64,000 nt of DNA from Paramoeba atlantica (lineage: Eukaryota > Protista > Discosea), in the NCBI GenBank assembly GCA_977017575.1, contig CDRNVI010000015.1:434001-498000 (forward strand), written 5' to 3'. Position numbers and translations under genes: made by a program. Numbering within the stretch: position 1 is the stretch's first letter; each line of letters opens with the position of its first letter. Below, piece by piece: positions 9,424 to 19,808 of the stretch. Under the pieces are notes generated by a model that saw only the letters and a program-made list of their open reading frames with translations, did no database searches and was not told the DNA's origin.

Positions 9424-12400
9424 TTGAACACCGGTCTGCGCAACGAACTCGTGACCCTCTGCGAAACTCACTCCGGAAACAGCTTTGACCTAGACTGTGC
9501 CATTGGACAACTTCCCGCCGGTACCTCTGTGAGCGCAGCGCTTCAATGCGCTTCCCAACCTAGCACGATCCCTCGCCACAGGACCGCAGTCTTTAGCTAT
9601 CCCACGGGACGCACCCTTATCGTCATCCCCAAGATCACACCCCCCGACCGGTATCACTTTGCCCTTTGCAACCAAATCGGGATCGACACGGAATTTGCCT
9701 CTGCCTGGAGAGAGATTCCCTCCCAGGACGGACCGCTTTGGTGTTACGCCCCAGCCGAAGGCCTGATTGCCAAATCTGGATGGAGTAAAACGCAGATAGA
9801 TATCGGTCTTATGCGAGGGGGGGTGGAGGGGAACCCGGGCCCTCGAAACCCTTGTCCACACTTGTTCAGATTTAAATTTTCTCCGAAAACACAGAACACG
9901 TTGCTCCCCCAAGCATTACGCAACCCAATTTCCTTTTTTCCCTCCTCGTCGCTCTCCTCCGAAACGGGATGGAGCCGAATGTGCATGAAAACTGAACTTT
10001 TTCGGGGCGGGGTGGAACAAAACCAGGACCCAACACCTCGTACTCGGCTAAACGATCACTTCTCCTTCAATCTAACGACCGTTCTGCAACCCCCTTTTCC
10101 AGCTGGCATCAAGATGAAACCCGGGAATGTCCTGCCGAAGGCTGTTCCTGGAAAACGACTTCTCACGGCGGCCATTGGAAGGCCTTTTTCAAGCACGTAG
10201 CGACTCGACACGGAGAAACCATCCCGGAGGATTGGTGGACCCTGCAGGGACGCTTCCTTTGCACCTCATGCGGACGAAACTATGATCTGGGAAAAAAAGA
10301 CTCCCACCCAGGTACGTGCAGAGTGATCGATCTCGGCTCCCGCCCTATCATACATCCCCCTGGTACACCATCGGACACTTCCAGTTTCGCCGACGAAAAT
10401 GCGGTTCCCATCCCGGCGCAGGAAATAGAAGTCTCGGCCGTGCTGCCCTCCCTCGCTGAAATATGCTCTATCCCCATCAACACCTCCAAAAATGTCCCAG
10501 CCCGATGCCGCCAGCAATGGGCAGTTGTTCTCACCGGGGCTCTGTACGAGGTTGTGAATGACAACACAACCACTTCCTGGACGCTACTTGCAATGCTGCC
10601 AAAACGCGTGCTCCCCGCTCCCTATCGAGGAGGGCGGAAAGGGTTTACATCCTACACTAACTTCGTCAAACAGCGTTTACAACTTTGGCAAGCTCGTGAT
10701 TTTTCCACCCTCTGGAGAGATGCTGTCAATGGCCTCCAAAAGAAGCGCTCGATGCGCACCCGGGAAGGAATAGACGAAGAGACCCGGTCAGCCGTCCGTG
10801 CGGAACTCCTGGCACGATAAGGCGAATTTTCCAGAGCCATGACTGCGCTAACTGCATCACCTTTAGCACCGAATTCGCCCGAAACACTGTCCAAGCTGCA
10901 GGACAAGCACCCCAGTCGTCTCCCGCCGCCTACTTTCACCCAAACTTTCACTCCAGAGAAATCACATAGCCCCCTACAGCTCTCAGAAAAAGAAGTCGAG
11001 ATGGCGATTAAAGCTTTTCACCGAGGTTCGTCGGGAGGTGCCATGGGACTTCGACCAGAACATCTCCGGGAGGCCTTTCTGGTGAATGCCGACTCTAGAG
11101 CTAAACCCTTAGCAGCCATCACTGAACTCGTAAATCTTCTTCTAGCTGGGAAAGCAAATCCCGCTTGTCAACAGTTTTTCGCAGGTGCCCGCCTGTGCGC
11201 GCTCCAGAAAGGCGCACACGACGTTCGCCCCATAGCCGTCGGGGAAACGATCCGCCGCCTCGCCAGCAAAGGGGCCTGTGCCGCGGTAAAATCTAAAGCA
11301 CGCTCTCTTTTCCAGGGACAACAGTTCGGAGTAGTCACCGCAGCGGGCTCAGAAATAATCATACACCTCTGTAGGCGAACAATAGCTGCACACGCCGACG
11401 AGCCCTATTTTGCTCTAGGGAAGATAGACTTATCCAACGCCTTCAACAACGTATCTGGAACTGCTTTTCTTTCCTTGACACTCCAGCACTTTCCTGACCT
11501 GTACAAGTGGGTCGAATGGTGCCATGAAACCGAAAGCTGCCTTACATACGGATCGCAGACCATCCCTTCTGCAGAAGGGGTACAACAGGGGGACCCCCTT
11601 GGACCTCTTTTATTCTCCCTGGCTATACAATACTTGGCGACATCAGTCATTAATGAGCTCCCTGAAGAACTCCCCCTCCACGTCTGGTACCTCGACGACG
11701 GGGTACTGGCCGGCAAAGCTTCGCTGATCCGGCATGCCCTCGACGTTATAGCGCACGAAGGAAAATAGTTTGGTCTCTTCCTAAACTCAACGAAATGCGA
11801 AATAGTGTTGAGCTCCTCCTCTGCGAGCTCCGCCACTTTATTTCCGGACATCCCCAGTTCAAGGATCCACCTCGACGGCAACTTCGACATCCTTGGGAGC
11901 CCAGTAGGATCAGAGCCGCATTGTTATGAGTTCCTCTCCAAGCAAGCGCTGGAACCCGCACAAGCCTCCCTGAGGGCTATAAAGAAAGTCACGGACCCCC
12001 AAGTCGCCCTGTCCCTGATACGGCAATGTTCCGGTTTCTGCCAGCTAGTCTTCTCCCTTCGTACTGCACCTCCACTATTCCTTTCAGAGCTTTGTTCGCG
12101 ACTCGAAGCCTCGGTCCTCTAAGCTCTCGAAGACGCCATATGCACGCTAAACCCTTGTAGTCGAGCTCAAGCTCAGCGTAAAAAACGACACGGAGGTTTT
12201 GGGTTACACTCAACTTCCCTCCATGCATGCGCCGCTTACGTTACCTCTGTAGCCTTCGCCGCGCAACAAGACTACTGGGACCCGGCAGAAGCAGATGGCT
12301 TCTGCGAGGCTGCGTCACGCGTTAACTTCTTAGCGGGTTCACCCATCATCAACTCCGTCACGGTCCAGCTCTTACAGTCCTCGGACCCCGACCTTCCCTC

Positions 12401-13155
12401 TATTGGCCCCAAGTCAACATGACCTCACCAAAGCTATCGCGGCCCATGAATTTCACCTCGCATACAACGTCGCTGACGCACACAAACGAGTAAGATGGAT
12501 TTCGCAGTCCGGAGAGGGTGCATCAAACTGGCTGTTTGCCTTACCGTCGAAGGAGATGGGGTACGCCTTTACGCCCACGGAGTTTCGTGCACTGGCCCGC
12601 TGGTGGTTGGGGGCCGACGTGTACCACGAATCCCGGCCATGCCCCATAGACAAATGTCCTCAGCCCCTGGGAACGGATGGGAGTCACGCCCTTGTCTGCA
12701 AGAGCGGTTACGGGTTAATTTCCCGTCACAACGCGCTTGCGGAACATTTCTGCGACGTGTGCAGCAAGGCACACCTCGCCCCACAACGAGAAAAAAGCCT
12801 GGGGAACTACAGCCCGGGTGGCGGCCTTACCAGGCCCGCGGACATTTTCCTGCCGAACTTTGGCTTGGCGACCTCTCTGGTGTTAGACTTCTGTGTGACA
12901 CACGTTCAGCAGACCAATTATACGGACGTGGTCCGAGGTGCTAACGTGGGAAAAGCAGGATGTTTCGCCGAGAGGTACGCCTCCGAGCACAAAAGTTCGG
13001 AGCGTCTGGAGGCGGAGTCCGCGGGGCACAAATTCACCGCAATAGCGGTGGAGTCCTTCGGATCCTGGTCCGACAGTGCCATGGGCATCTTGCGCCAGGT
13101 GGTCGAACGTCGCTCTGCAGCATCCCAGGGTACCCTCTCTCCATTACGCACGTAA
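9424..13155 (+). pseudogene. CRE-like ORF2 (2A-2A-ZnF-RT-REL) with three in-frame stops and two frameshifts
   Basis: One frame runs from 10026 to ~12400 through TAA 10818, TAG 11766 and TAA 12120, with motifs continuing across them (R*GEFSRAM, K*FGLFLNSTKCE, L*ALEDA...HGGFG). Frameshifts at ~10024 and ~12400. Confidence 0.85.
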
Positions 13156-13270
13156 TGGCGAGGAAAGTAGGGAAAGTTCGAAGTTGAAAGTTGTAATACT
13201 CTAAAAAAAAACAAGCACACGTGCAAGATGGATATCAGAGTCCTGAAAAGGTGCCGGGAGCTGGGCTTTC

Positions 13271-13980
13271 GTGACTCCTTCGCGGACCAAGGGATACGTT
13301 TTCACTCCCACAGAGTTCCGTACCTTATCCCGCTGGTGGTTGGGCATGGATGTCTATCCAGAGGATCGACCTTGTCCAGCAAAAGGATGTGACTTACCAC
13401 TCCTAAAAAATGGGGAACACGCTCTGATTTGTAAGAACGGGCACGGTCTCATCACCCGCCACAATGCGGTCTGCCAACAGTTCACCTCCCTCTGCAGCAA
13501 GGCCAATATGGCTCCGCAAAGGGAAAAAAGTCTCGGAAATCGGGGACCCGGAGGAGGTCTCACCAGACCAGGCGATGTTTTTCTTCCCAACTATGAACCG
13601 GGAGGTGGCGTGGTTCTAGACTTCGCAGTCACTCACGCACAGCAATTGAAGTATTTGGACTCAGTCCGTAATGCTAGCTGGGTGGCTGCGGGGCCTTTTG
13701 CTGAACACTTCTCTGAAACGAAAGGGAAACAGCGCCAGGAAGCGGAAGCGGAAGCGGAAGCGGCTCAGTTACTGTTCACAGCCATGGTTGTTGAGTCCTT
13801 CGGCTCATGGAGCAGAAGTACCTTGACGGTCCTGTGGAAGGTGGGAGCGTTACGTGCCAACGCGTCGAACGGTCTTTTGACACACTCAGGCACGAAACAT
13901 CCTCTTGCAAGAGCTTAATATCACGTTGATGCGTTCCCAGGCTTGGATGATGGTCTCCAGGATAGTTGTCAGTGACCCTA
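13271..13980 (+). mobile_element. Second, 5'-truncated CRE-like copy (REL endonuclease region)
   Basis: GYVFTPTEFRTLSRWWLG...CPAKGC...HALIC...TRPGDVFLP...LDFAVTH...VESFGSW, paralogous to 12530-13155. The C-terminus LLQELNITLMRSQA is in another frame. Confidence 0.85.
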
Positions 13981-14898
13981 ACGCCCCCCTTGAAGGCGCT
14001 TAGGGGCATGGCGAAGGCGCCATGCGCAGGGCCACACACCGCTGGCCCGGATGCTGGTCGAGTCGACAGAGTCTATTCTCACGCCTAGTCGGTCAGGGCT
14101 AGGTACCCCAAGTGAGGTAGTACACTGGTAGTGAATCTCCTCCCCGTCGGCCAGCATCCTGTTTCGCGACCGTGTCGCTGTCGACACAGGCCCGCGCCTG
14201 CGCCCTCCCATATAACAAGGGAAGGGTTCCCAAGTCAGGCCGTGGAGAGGTCGAAATAGCAAGCAACACCACGGAATAGCAAGCACACCACGCGCTGTAG
14301 ATCCAGGCGCGGCACTTGCAGCCGCGATTTCCAAGAGCGGTTCGGTCGCTATTTATGTTTTTACAAACTCCGTGGCTTGCGGGAGTAGCTGGAGAAAGTC
14401 CTCCCGAACAGTCACTCCCAAGCGCTTTAGGGTGCATACTCCGCGAAAAGCAGATCAAGAGATGCAGCTGTGCTGCCTGGCATAAGTTCTGGAAGAGCTT
14501 CGCTCATAAGATAAGGTTAACAGATGATATATACGTATTAGAAGCTACGGATAAGTGCAAGTCTCGCTTTTGTAGACGCATATAGAAGTCGAGATGCTCA
14601 TGTGATTACTGTGTAACAGTATGAAAAGTTTTGTTAACGTTCTAAAATAGAATAACGCATATTAGTTTACATAAACCATCCGCAACTTTTCGCTATTCGT
14701 CAATCATTTCAGTGGAGCACATACATGTATACATCTATGTACTGTAGGCTCTCTCACTGTGGTTTGTTAGGTCACGATAGACCATACGGCAAAGGGAAGT
14801 GACAGTGAGTACATTTTTCTTCTGAACCTGCAGGTTTCTGAAACGGTTTTCTAACATTGCATACCAGTATCTAGTTTGGACCTTTTAACATTCCGTTT

Positions 14899-15110
14899 TA
14901 AGGAGTCTTTTCTCCACTCGCCCCGTGGTCACACCTTCTTCACTCGTATTCAGTGAGAGGCATATTCTAAGGAGTCTGTGCTCCACGCGCTCCGTGGCGC
15001 ATCTTCTTCACTCGTATTCAGTGAGAGGCATATTCTAAGGAGTCTGTGCTCCACGCGCTCCGTGGCGCACCTTCTTCACTCGTATTCACTGAGAGGCATA
15101 TTCTAATAAG
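14899..15110. repeat. 68-bp tandem repeat, 3 copies
   Basis: TAAGGAGTC unit starts at 14899, 14968 and 15036, with a partial start at 15104; units are adjacent with no unique spacers. Confidence 0.92.
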
Positions 15111-15386
15111 TCTCCGCTGTACACGCCCGGTATAAATTCAACGTATAGAAAAAAAGGAAGATGTATCGCGCATGCGCTGCGTCCCCAGGGCTCACGTCCG
15201 ACCTTTGCCCGTTGTAGGAAGTGCGCGTGACTGCCCGGAGTCGGTACTAGTCAAGCATTACTTCCCTGGAACTGCTATCTTATCGATAGTACGCCGACCT
15301 TCATTAGACAAAAATAGAGAAAAAAATAGAGAGAAAAAACAGAGACAGAAAAGGAACCGGTCGTATTGAAATTTTATGAAAAAATA

Positions 15387-15493
15387 CTGATCCCCCACTT
15401 AAGAGTCCGGACAATTGTGAGCCCCCGCTTAAGAGTCCAAATGCCCAAAATCGGCGAAAATGCCCAAAATCGACTCTTAAGTAAGGGGGACAG
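15387..15493. mobile_element. 107-bp TA-flanked mini-MITE
   Basis: CTGATCCCCCACTTAAGAGTC...GACTCTTAAGTAAGGGGGACAG with TA on both sides. Confidence 0.65.
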
Positions 15494-16130
15494 TACCAGA
15501 ATTTAAGGTAATATACCCCAATTCATGCCATATTGTTACAGTTTTGGACGTATGAAGTGCGCTAAAGAGGAAATAATGTCTGTTTTGAAGAGATCTCGGC
15601 AGGGGCTCCCGCGGAAAAATATTGCAAGCAACTGAAATATCGCATTGTGGAATCTTGTGTCGACCTAAAAAGTCAATTTTGACTGAAATTGTGGAACCTT
15701 CTGTCGGCCTAAAAAGTCAGTTTTGACGGAAACTTTTGTTGGAGAAGACGGAAAGGATGGGTCAGAAGAAGAGAATATTAGTAATATTCTAATATTATAT
15801 TACTACAACTTCTACAATCTATTAAGATTAGACGGTCAGCGCCAGTACTACCGGAAAGATGGCTGTTTCAGAGAAGACCACAAGGAGGTCCCGACCATTC
15901 TTTCTCATGCTGAGTGTGTCCGGCATCAGTGAAATTTACTTAGTAATTTACTTATCAAATTACTTAGTAATTTGATTATAAAAATAATCAAATCTTTCTT
16001 AAATACAGGTCTTACTATCATACCAAAGTAGATACTATAATCTATCCAATTATCTTTATCTCACGAAGAAAATACCAAAAGGGATTGTATCCTTTTCCCC
16101 TTTTACATAATGCCCATGCACTGTGCTAAT

Positions 16131-17015
16131 TTCTTTTTTAGGCTCTTCGTTAAACGCGGTGGTTGCTTTCAACTTAGAAGTCACTCATGCTGCGCGCTTC
16201 GCGTTGAAAACTACCGCCGCGTTTAACGAAGAGCCTAAAAAAGAAAATTTAGCCTGGAAAACGGAAAGATTATAGCCAAAAATAGCCGAATTTCGGGTAA
16301 AAATGGGGTGATTTTCGCGTATTTTTGCTCTCAGAGCACTAAATCCGACATTTGCGCGTGGGAAATCACTCGCAGGCATGAATGAAAGCCTACCGAACGT
16401 ATTGGGTAGAGAATGCGACTCCAACCATACCATTCTTTCGACACAAAAATGCCCCTTTAGGTCCGAAAAATACTTTTTCACCTTTTTTAGTCAAAAATGG
16501 GTCATTTTGGGGGGCGCACCACAGTTCGAAGAAGTGATACCTTGCGAAAACAACTGCGTAGAAAGCTAGTGTAGGTCCCAAACTATCAAAATACAATAGG
16601 GGAAACGATTTTGGAAAAATATTTTTTTTGTCATTTTTTTCGCCAAGTTGAATTTTTTTTCAAAAATTTTTTTCCGAAAAAATCCGAACTTGGCGGACCC
16701 GTCCTGCGGATACGCGGGGGGGTCACCCCCGGGTAGGGGGGTGGAAAATGCGCGCCAAGACCCCGGCTACCCTTTCTGCGGTTTTTTTTCGAAAACTAAT
16801 TTTTTCGAAAAAATTTGCTCGACCATGCCCCCCCCTGGACCCCCCCCATGGACCCCCCATTTTTTTCAAAAAAAATTTTCAGTTTTGGACCACCGGAGCC
16901 CCCTTTTATATTTTTTTCTTCTATTATATTACTGTGTTCCTCTTTATATTTTCACTGTTTTTGTTCACATTTTTTTCAATAATCGAGTGTAGAGCGGTAG
17001 TTTTACAACCACCGC
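16131..17015 (+). mobile_element. Hairpin-ended interspersed element, copy C (full length, 885 bp)
   Basis: 43-bp arms 16131-16173 and 16203-16245 (40/43 complementary); 3' hairpin GCGGTAGTTTTACAACCACCGC at 16994-17015; AAT at both flanks. Confidence 0.88.
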
Positions 17016-17169
17016 AATGTTAAGAAGTTAATAATTCACCCGATTTTCACCATTTGCTACACACTCTTGCATCCCTCTTTAAAAGGAGTCAACTACTGTT
17101 TGAGCCAGCTCACGCGCTTTTGGACTCCTCAAAAATTCTTCAGATACTACCTGGATAATCTCGGATTGC

Positions 17170-17761
17170 GTATTCGGTCACTTTTTATTCTTCTCCTGTA
17201 TTAAAAAAGACCAAAACTTTTCAAAGGGAGAAAGGTCAGGAGAGTCAGCCAGCCATTTTGGGAGAATAGTTCCATCGGAACTTTTGTAGGTGCGCAAACT
17301 TTGAGTACCTAATTCATCCCTCGTCCTCCACCACATCATTGTCTTCTTCGCCGTATGTGGCGGTGCTCCGCCATCCTGAAAAATCATGTCAGGATGAGAT
17401 GCATGGTAAGGAATCCACTGTTTCATCAAGATGTCCTTTCGGTAGTAGTAATTTCCTAATTTGCGACCACGAGGGGGATCTCACGACTTTCACCGGGATA
17501 CAAAGAACGTATGGCCTCGTGTGCGCAAAACTCTGTAAAGTTGTTACACCAATGCCGAGGGATTTTACCTTGAATGTCTATGCCCCCCCAGAGCATGACT
17601 TTAGTCGGATGATGTACCCGCGCATCAGTTATAAGGAGTTTCTTTAAAAAGAGTCCTCCTGTGAGTTGTTGCTCTTTCAACAAAGCCTGACGAAACAGCA
17701 CACAATGTTCTTCTAGAAAGTTGTTCATCCTTGTATGCATAAGACAAATTGGATGCTGCAT
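17170..17761 (-). pseudogene. Tc1/mariner transposase fragment
   Basis: HPTKVMLWGGI, IFQDGGAPPHTAK and WLADSPDLSPFEKFW in two frames. Confidence 0.85.
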
Positions 17762-17891
17762 CTTGCAGCAAGATGGGGGGATTTAAGGTATTTTACTTTG
17801 CAGTTATTTTTTTATTTTTTTCAATAACCATGAACCTAGACAGGTATTTCAGCTTCAAATCACTAGAAGTTCAAGGTACAGTATAGCGGAA

Positions 17892-19034
17892 ATGTCCAAG
17901 CGAGCTTTGTTTGGTCTTGGATTTATTACTGGTGGTACATTCGCATCACTGGGAACACTAATGATATTTGAATGGCGCTTAGACAAGGAAAATAATACTC
18001 TACAGACTGATCCGAATGATCTAGTGTCCAAGGTCAACGAAAAAAACTACTTTGCTAATGACGTTTATGAGCATTTGGGATTACCTATCGAAGTGGATTC
18101 TTATCAAACGCGCTCGTACATCTCTGGATTCAGTCCTAGACTTCGAACTCCTGAGTGGGTTTTCGAATACTTTTGCTCCAATGAAACGGCAGAGCGACTG
18201 TCCGAAGGGAAACGCAGTAATTCAAAATTTTTTGAGGAAAGAAGCATTCCTCTAAACTTCCGTTCTACCAATGCTGATTATGCATGGGGATCGGAGCTGG
18301 GGTTGAGCCGCGGGCACCTAGCCGCAGCTCAGTTTCATAAAGAATCGCAGTCAGCAATTGACGACACTTTTAATCTCTCGTTTAATATTGTTCCTCAACA
18401 AATGACTATGAACGGCTGTGACTGGTTTCGCCTGGAACAAATGGTGAAGCGTATGTCAAAGATCTATAATGAAACATGGGTAATCACAGGACCTGCTTTT
18501 GTGCCAACTAAAGGAAAGCACCCTGGAGTGTGGGAAATGACATATTCGCTTGTAGGGGAAAGACGAGTCGCCGTTCCGACGCATCTTTACAAGATTATTC
18601 TGGGGAAATCTTCGGAAGGGGAATATCATATGGCATCATTTCTTATGCCCAACGAACCTTTACCCGTGGAATATCCTTTAACGCATTATCAAGTCCCTCT
18701 TGAACAAATTGAATCTCACACAGGATTGCGCTTCTTTCCTAATTTGCGGAGGTCCTCTCCTCGCTTGCCTAACATGTGCAATCACCAGACCTGTGAAGGT
18801 ACATATGGAAGCTTCAGTGCGCGTTATCGTTTGCTTGCTCGTATGCAAACTGCTTCCTCTATAGAAACCTTAGAATCTCTTTGGAAACAAGCAATGGAAA
18901 AACGATACACCGATACGTACATGAAATCTCAATACAACATATTGAAAGAAAGATGGAAAGCTACGCATGTACTGCAAAGCAAGACTCACGTGAAATTTGA
19001 CAAGCTTTTAAATGAAAATAAAAAGCATGAATAA
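17892..19034 (+). CDS. ENDOG: Mitochondrial endonuclease G (DNA/RNA non-specific nuclease)
   Basis: RTPEWVFE, LSRGHLAAA (SRGH variant as in trypanosomatid EndoG), NIVPQ, WVITGP, VAVPTHLYKI; N-terminal membrane segment. Confidence 0.92.
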   Translation: MSKRALFGLGFITGGTFASLGTLMIFEWRLDKENNTLQTDPNDLVSKVNEKNYFANDVYEHLGLPIEVDSYQTRSYISGFSPRLRTPEWVFEYFCSNETAERLSEGKRSNSKFFEERSIPLNFRSTNADYAWGSELGLSRGHLAAAQFHKESQSAIDDTFNLSFNIVPQQMTMNGCDWFRLEQMVKRMSKIYNETWVITGPAFVPTKGKHPGVWEMTYSLVGERRVAVPTHLYKIILGKSSEGEYHMASFLMPNEPLPVEYPLTHYQVPLEQIESHTGLRFFPNLRRSSPRLPNMCNHQTCEGTYGSFSARYRLLARMQTASSIETLESLWKQAMEKRYTDTYMKSQYNILKERWKATHVLQSKTHVKFDKLLNENKKHE

Positions 19035-19212
19035 AATTTTGACTAGAACTTCAAAACAAGTCTCCATTGGTTGATTTTTTCTGAGGGAAAGGCATACTAG
19101 TACCCCTGTTCAGACTCACTTACACCCCTACAGGTCGCATTTTCTGTACTATTTCGGAAGAATAACAGGATGTTTTTCGCCCCAATCATTGCAATAATTT
19201 TTCGGGTCAAAG

Positions 19213-19801
19213 TGATCATAAATGTATCAAAAAATCGTTTTTCTTTTTTCAGAAACCATTCTACGTCCAAAAATGACTTCGTAGAGCGCTCTAGCTTCGT
19301 TTTTCTTATGTTTTTTGACTTAAGTCGATTAAAATCAGTATCTAATGTTCTGTTTGGTGGTATTTTTCCCACCTACCTTTTGGCCTTTTGGTACCTTTTG
19401 GCCACCTGCCTTGGGCCAAACTCCGGAATATTATTCCGGTTATTCAATAACCTTTCGCCATTGCGTTCCATTTCCAAATCTCATACAGCATTGCCGTTTT
19501 GTGTTTGTTGGACTAACACGGCAGCGTCCACGAACGATTCCAGCTCCGAATCGGTGGTTGCGTAGCCAATTTACTACGCTGTCCTCCGGAATGTCAGGAA
19601 TTGAGGTTGCTACGAGCAAACAAGAAAAAGTAGGACAACCGGAACAGTCCATTCAATAAGTATTCCTCCGGCAAAATATGCTTGTAAATGATAGAAATGC
19701 ATTAAAAACGAATTATTTTGAGAAAATACTTGAAACCACAAATACATTAAAAATATATATATTTCAACTTTTTTTCTGATTTTTTGATACATTTATGGTC
19801 A
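19213..19801. mobile_element. MITE-like element with TG...CA termini
   Basis: 24-bp TIR TGA(T/C)CATAAATGTATCAAAAAATC at 19213-19236 and 19778-19801. Confidence 0.7.
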
Positions 19802-19808
19802 TTATTAT

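Larger units (their letters stand above)
8126..13210 (+). mobile_element. CRE/SLACS/CZAR-clade non-LTR retrotransposon (RT plus restriction-like endonuclease), decayed
   Basis: Zinc-finger ORF1 fragments, 2A-like motifs, zinc fingers, RT (KIDLSNAFN, GVQQGDPLGPLLF, WYLDDG), CCHC knuckle and RPADIF...D...VESFG endonuclease; short A-run at 13202-13210. Confidence 0.88.

Noticed and set aside
495-13155. Stop-codon reassignment, because several in-frame TAA/TAG codons interrupt conserved motifs (618, 1964, 4903, 10818, 11766, 12120)
   Set aside because: The expected residues differ (Ser, Lys, probably Gln or Glu), frameshifts occur in the same elements, and host ORFs up to 1397 aa have no internal stops and end in all three stop codons. 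Ordinary decay explains it.
13970-13982. Telomeric-repeat target for the TATE-like element
   Set aside because: Only isolated CCCTAA hexamers occur, and none flank the YR element.
14899-15110. CRISPR-like array
   Set aside because: Units are contiguous with no unique spacers, there are no cas genes, and the context is eukaryotic.
16131-16245. True integron attC cassettes next to a tyrosine recombinase
   Set aside because: The hairpins do not flank promoterless ORFs, they are the fixed end of a longer repeat, and the YR belongs to an RT element rather than IntI. The comparison is kept only as a mechanistic analogy.
19138-19155. Second SL-like match (TTTCTGTACTAT)
   Set aside because: Only ~12 nt in AT-rich DNA with no 5' SL block, which is compatible with chance.
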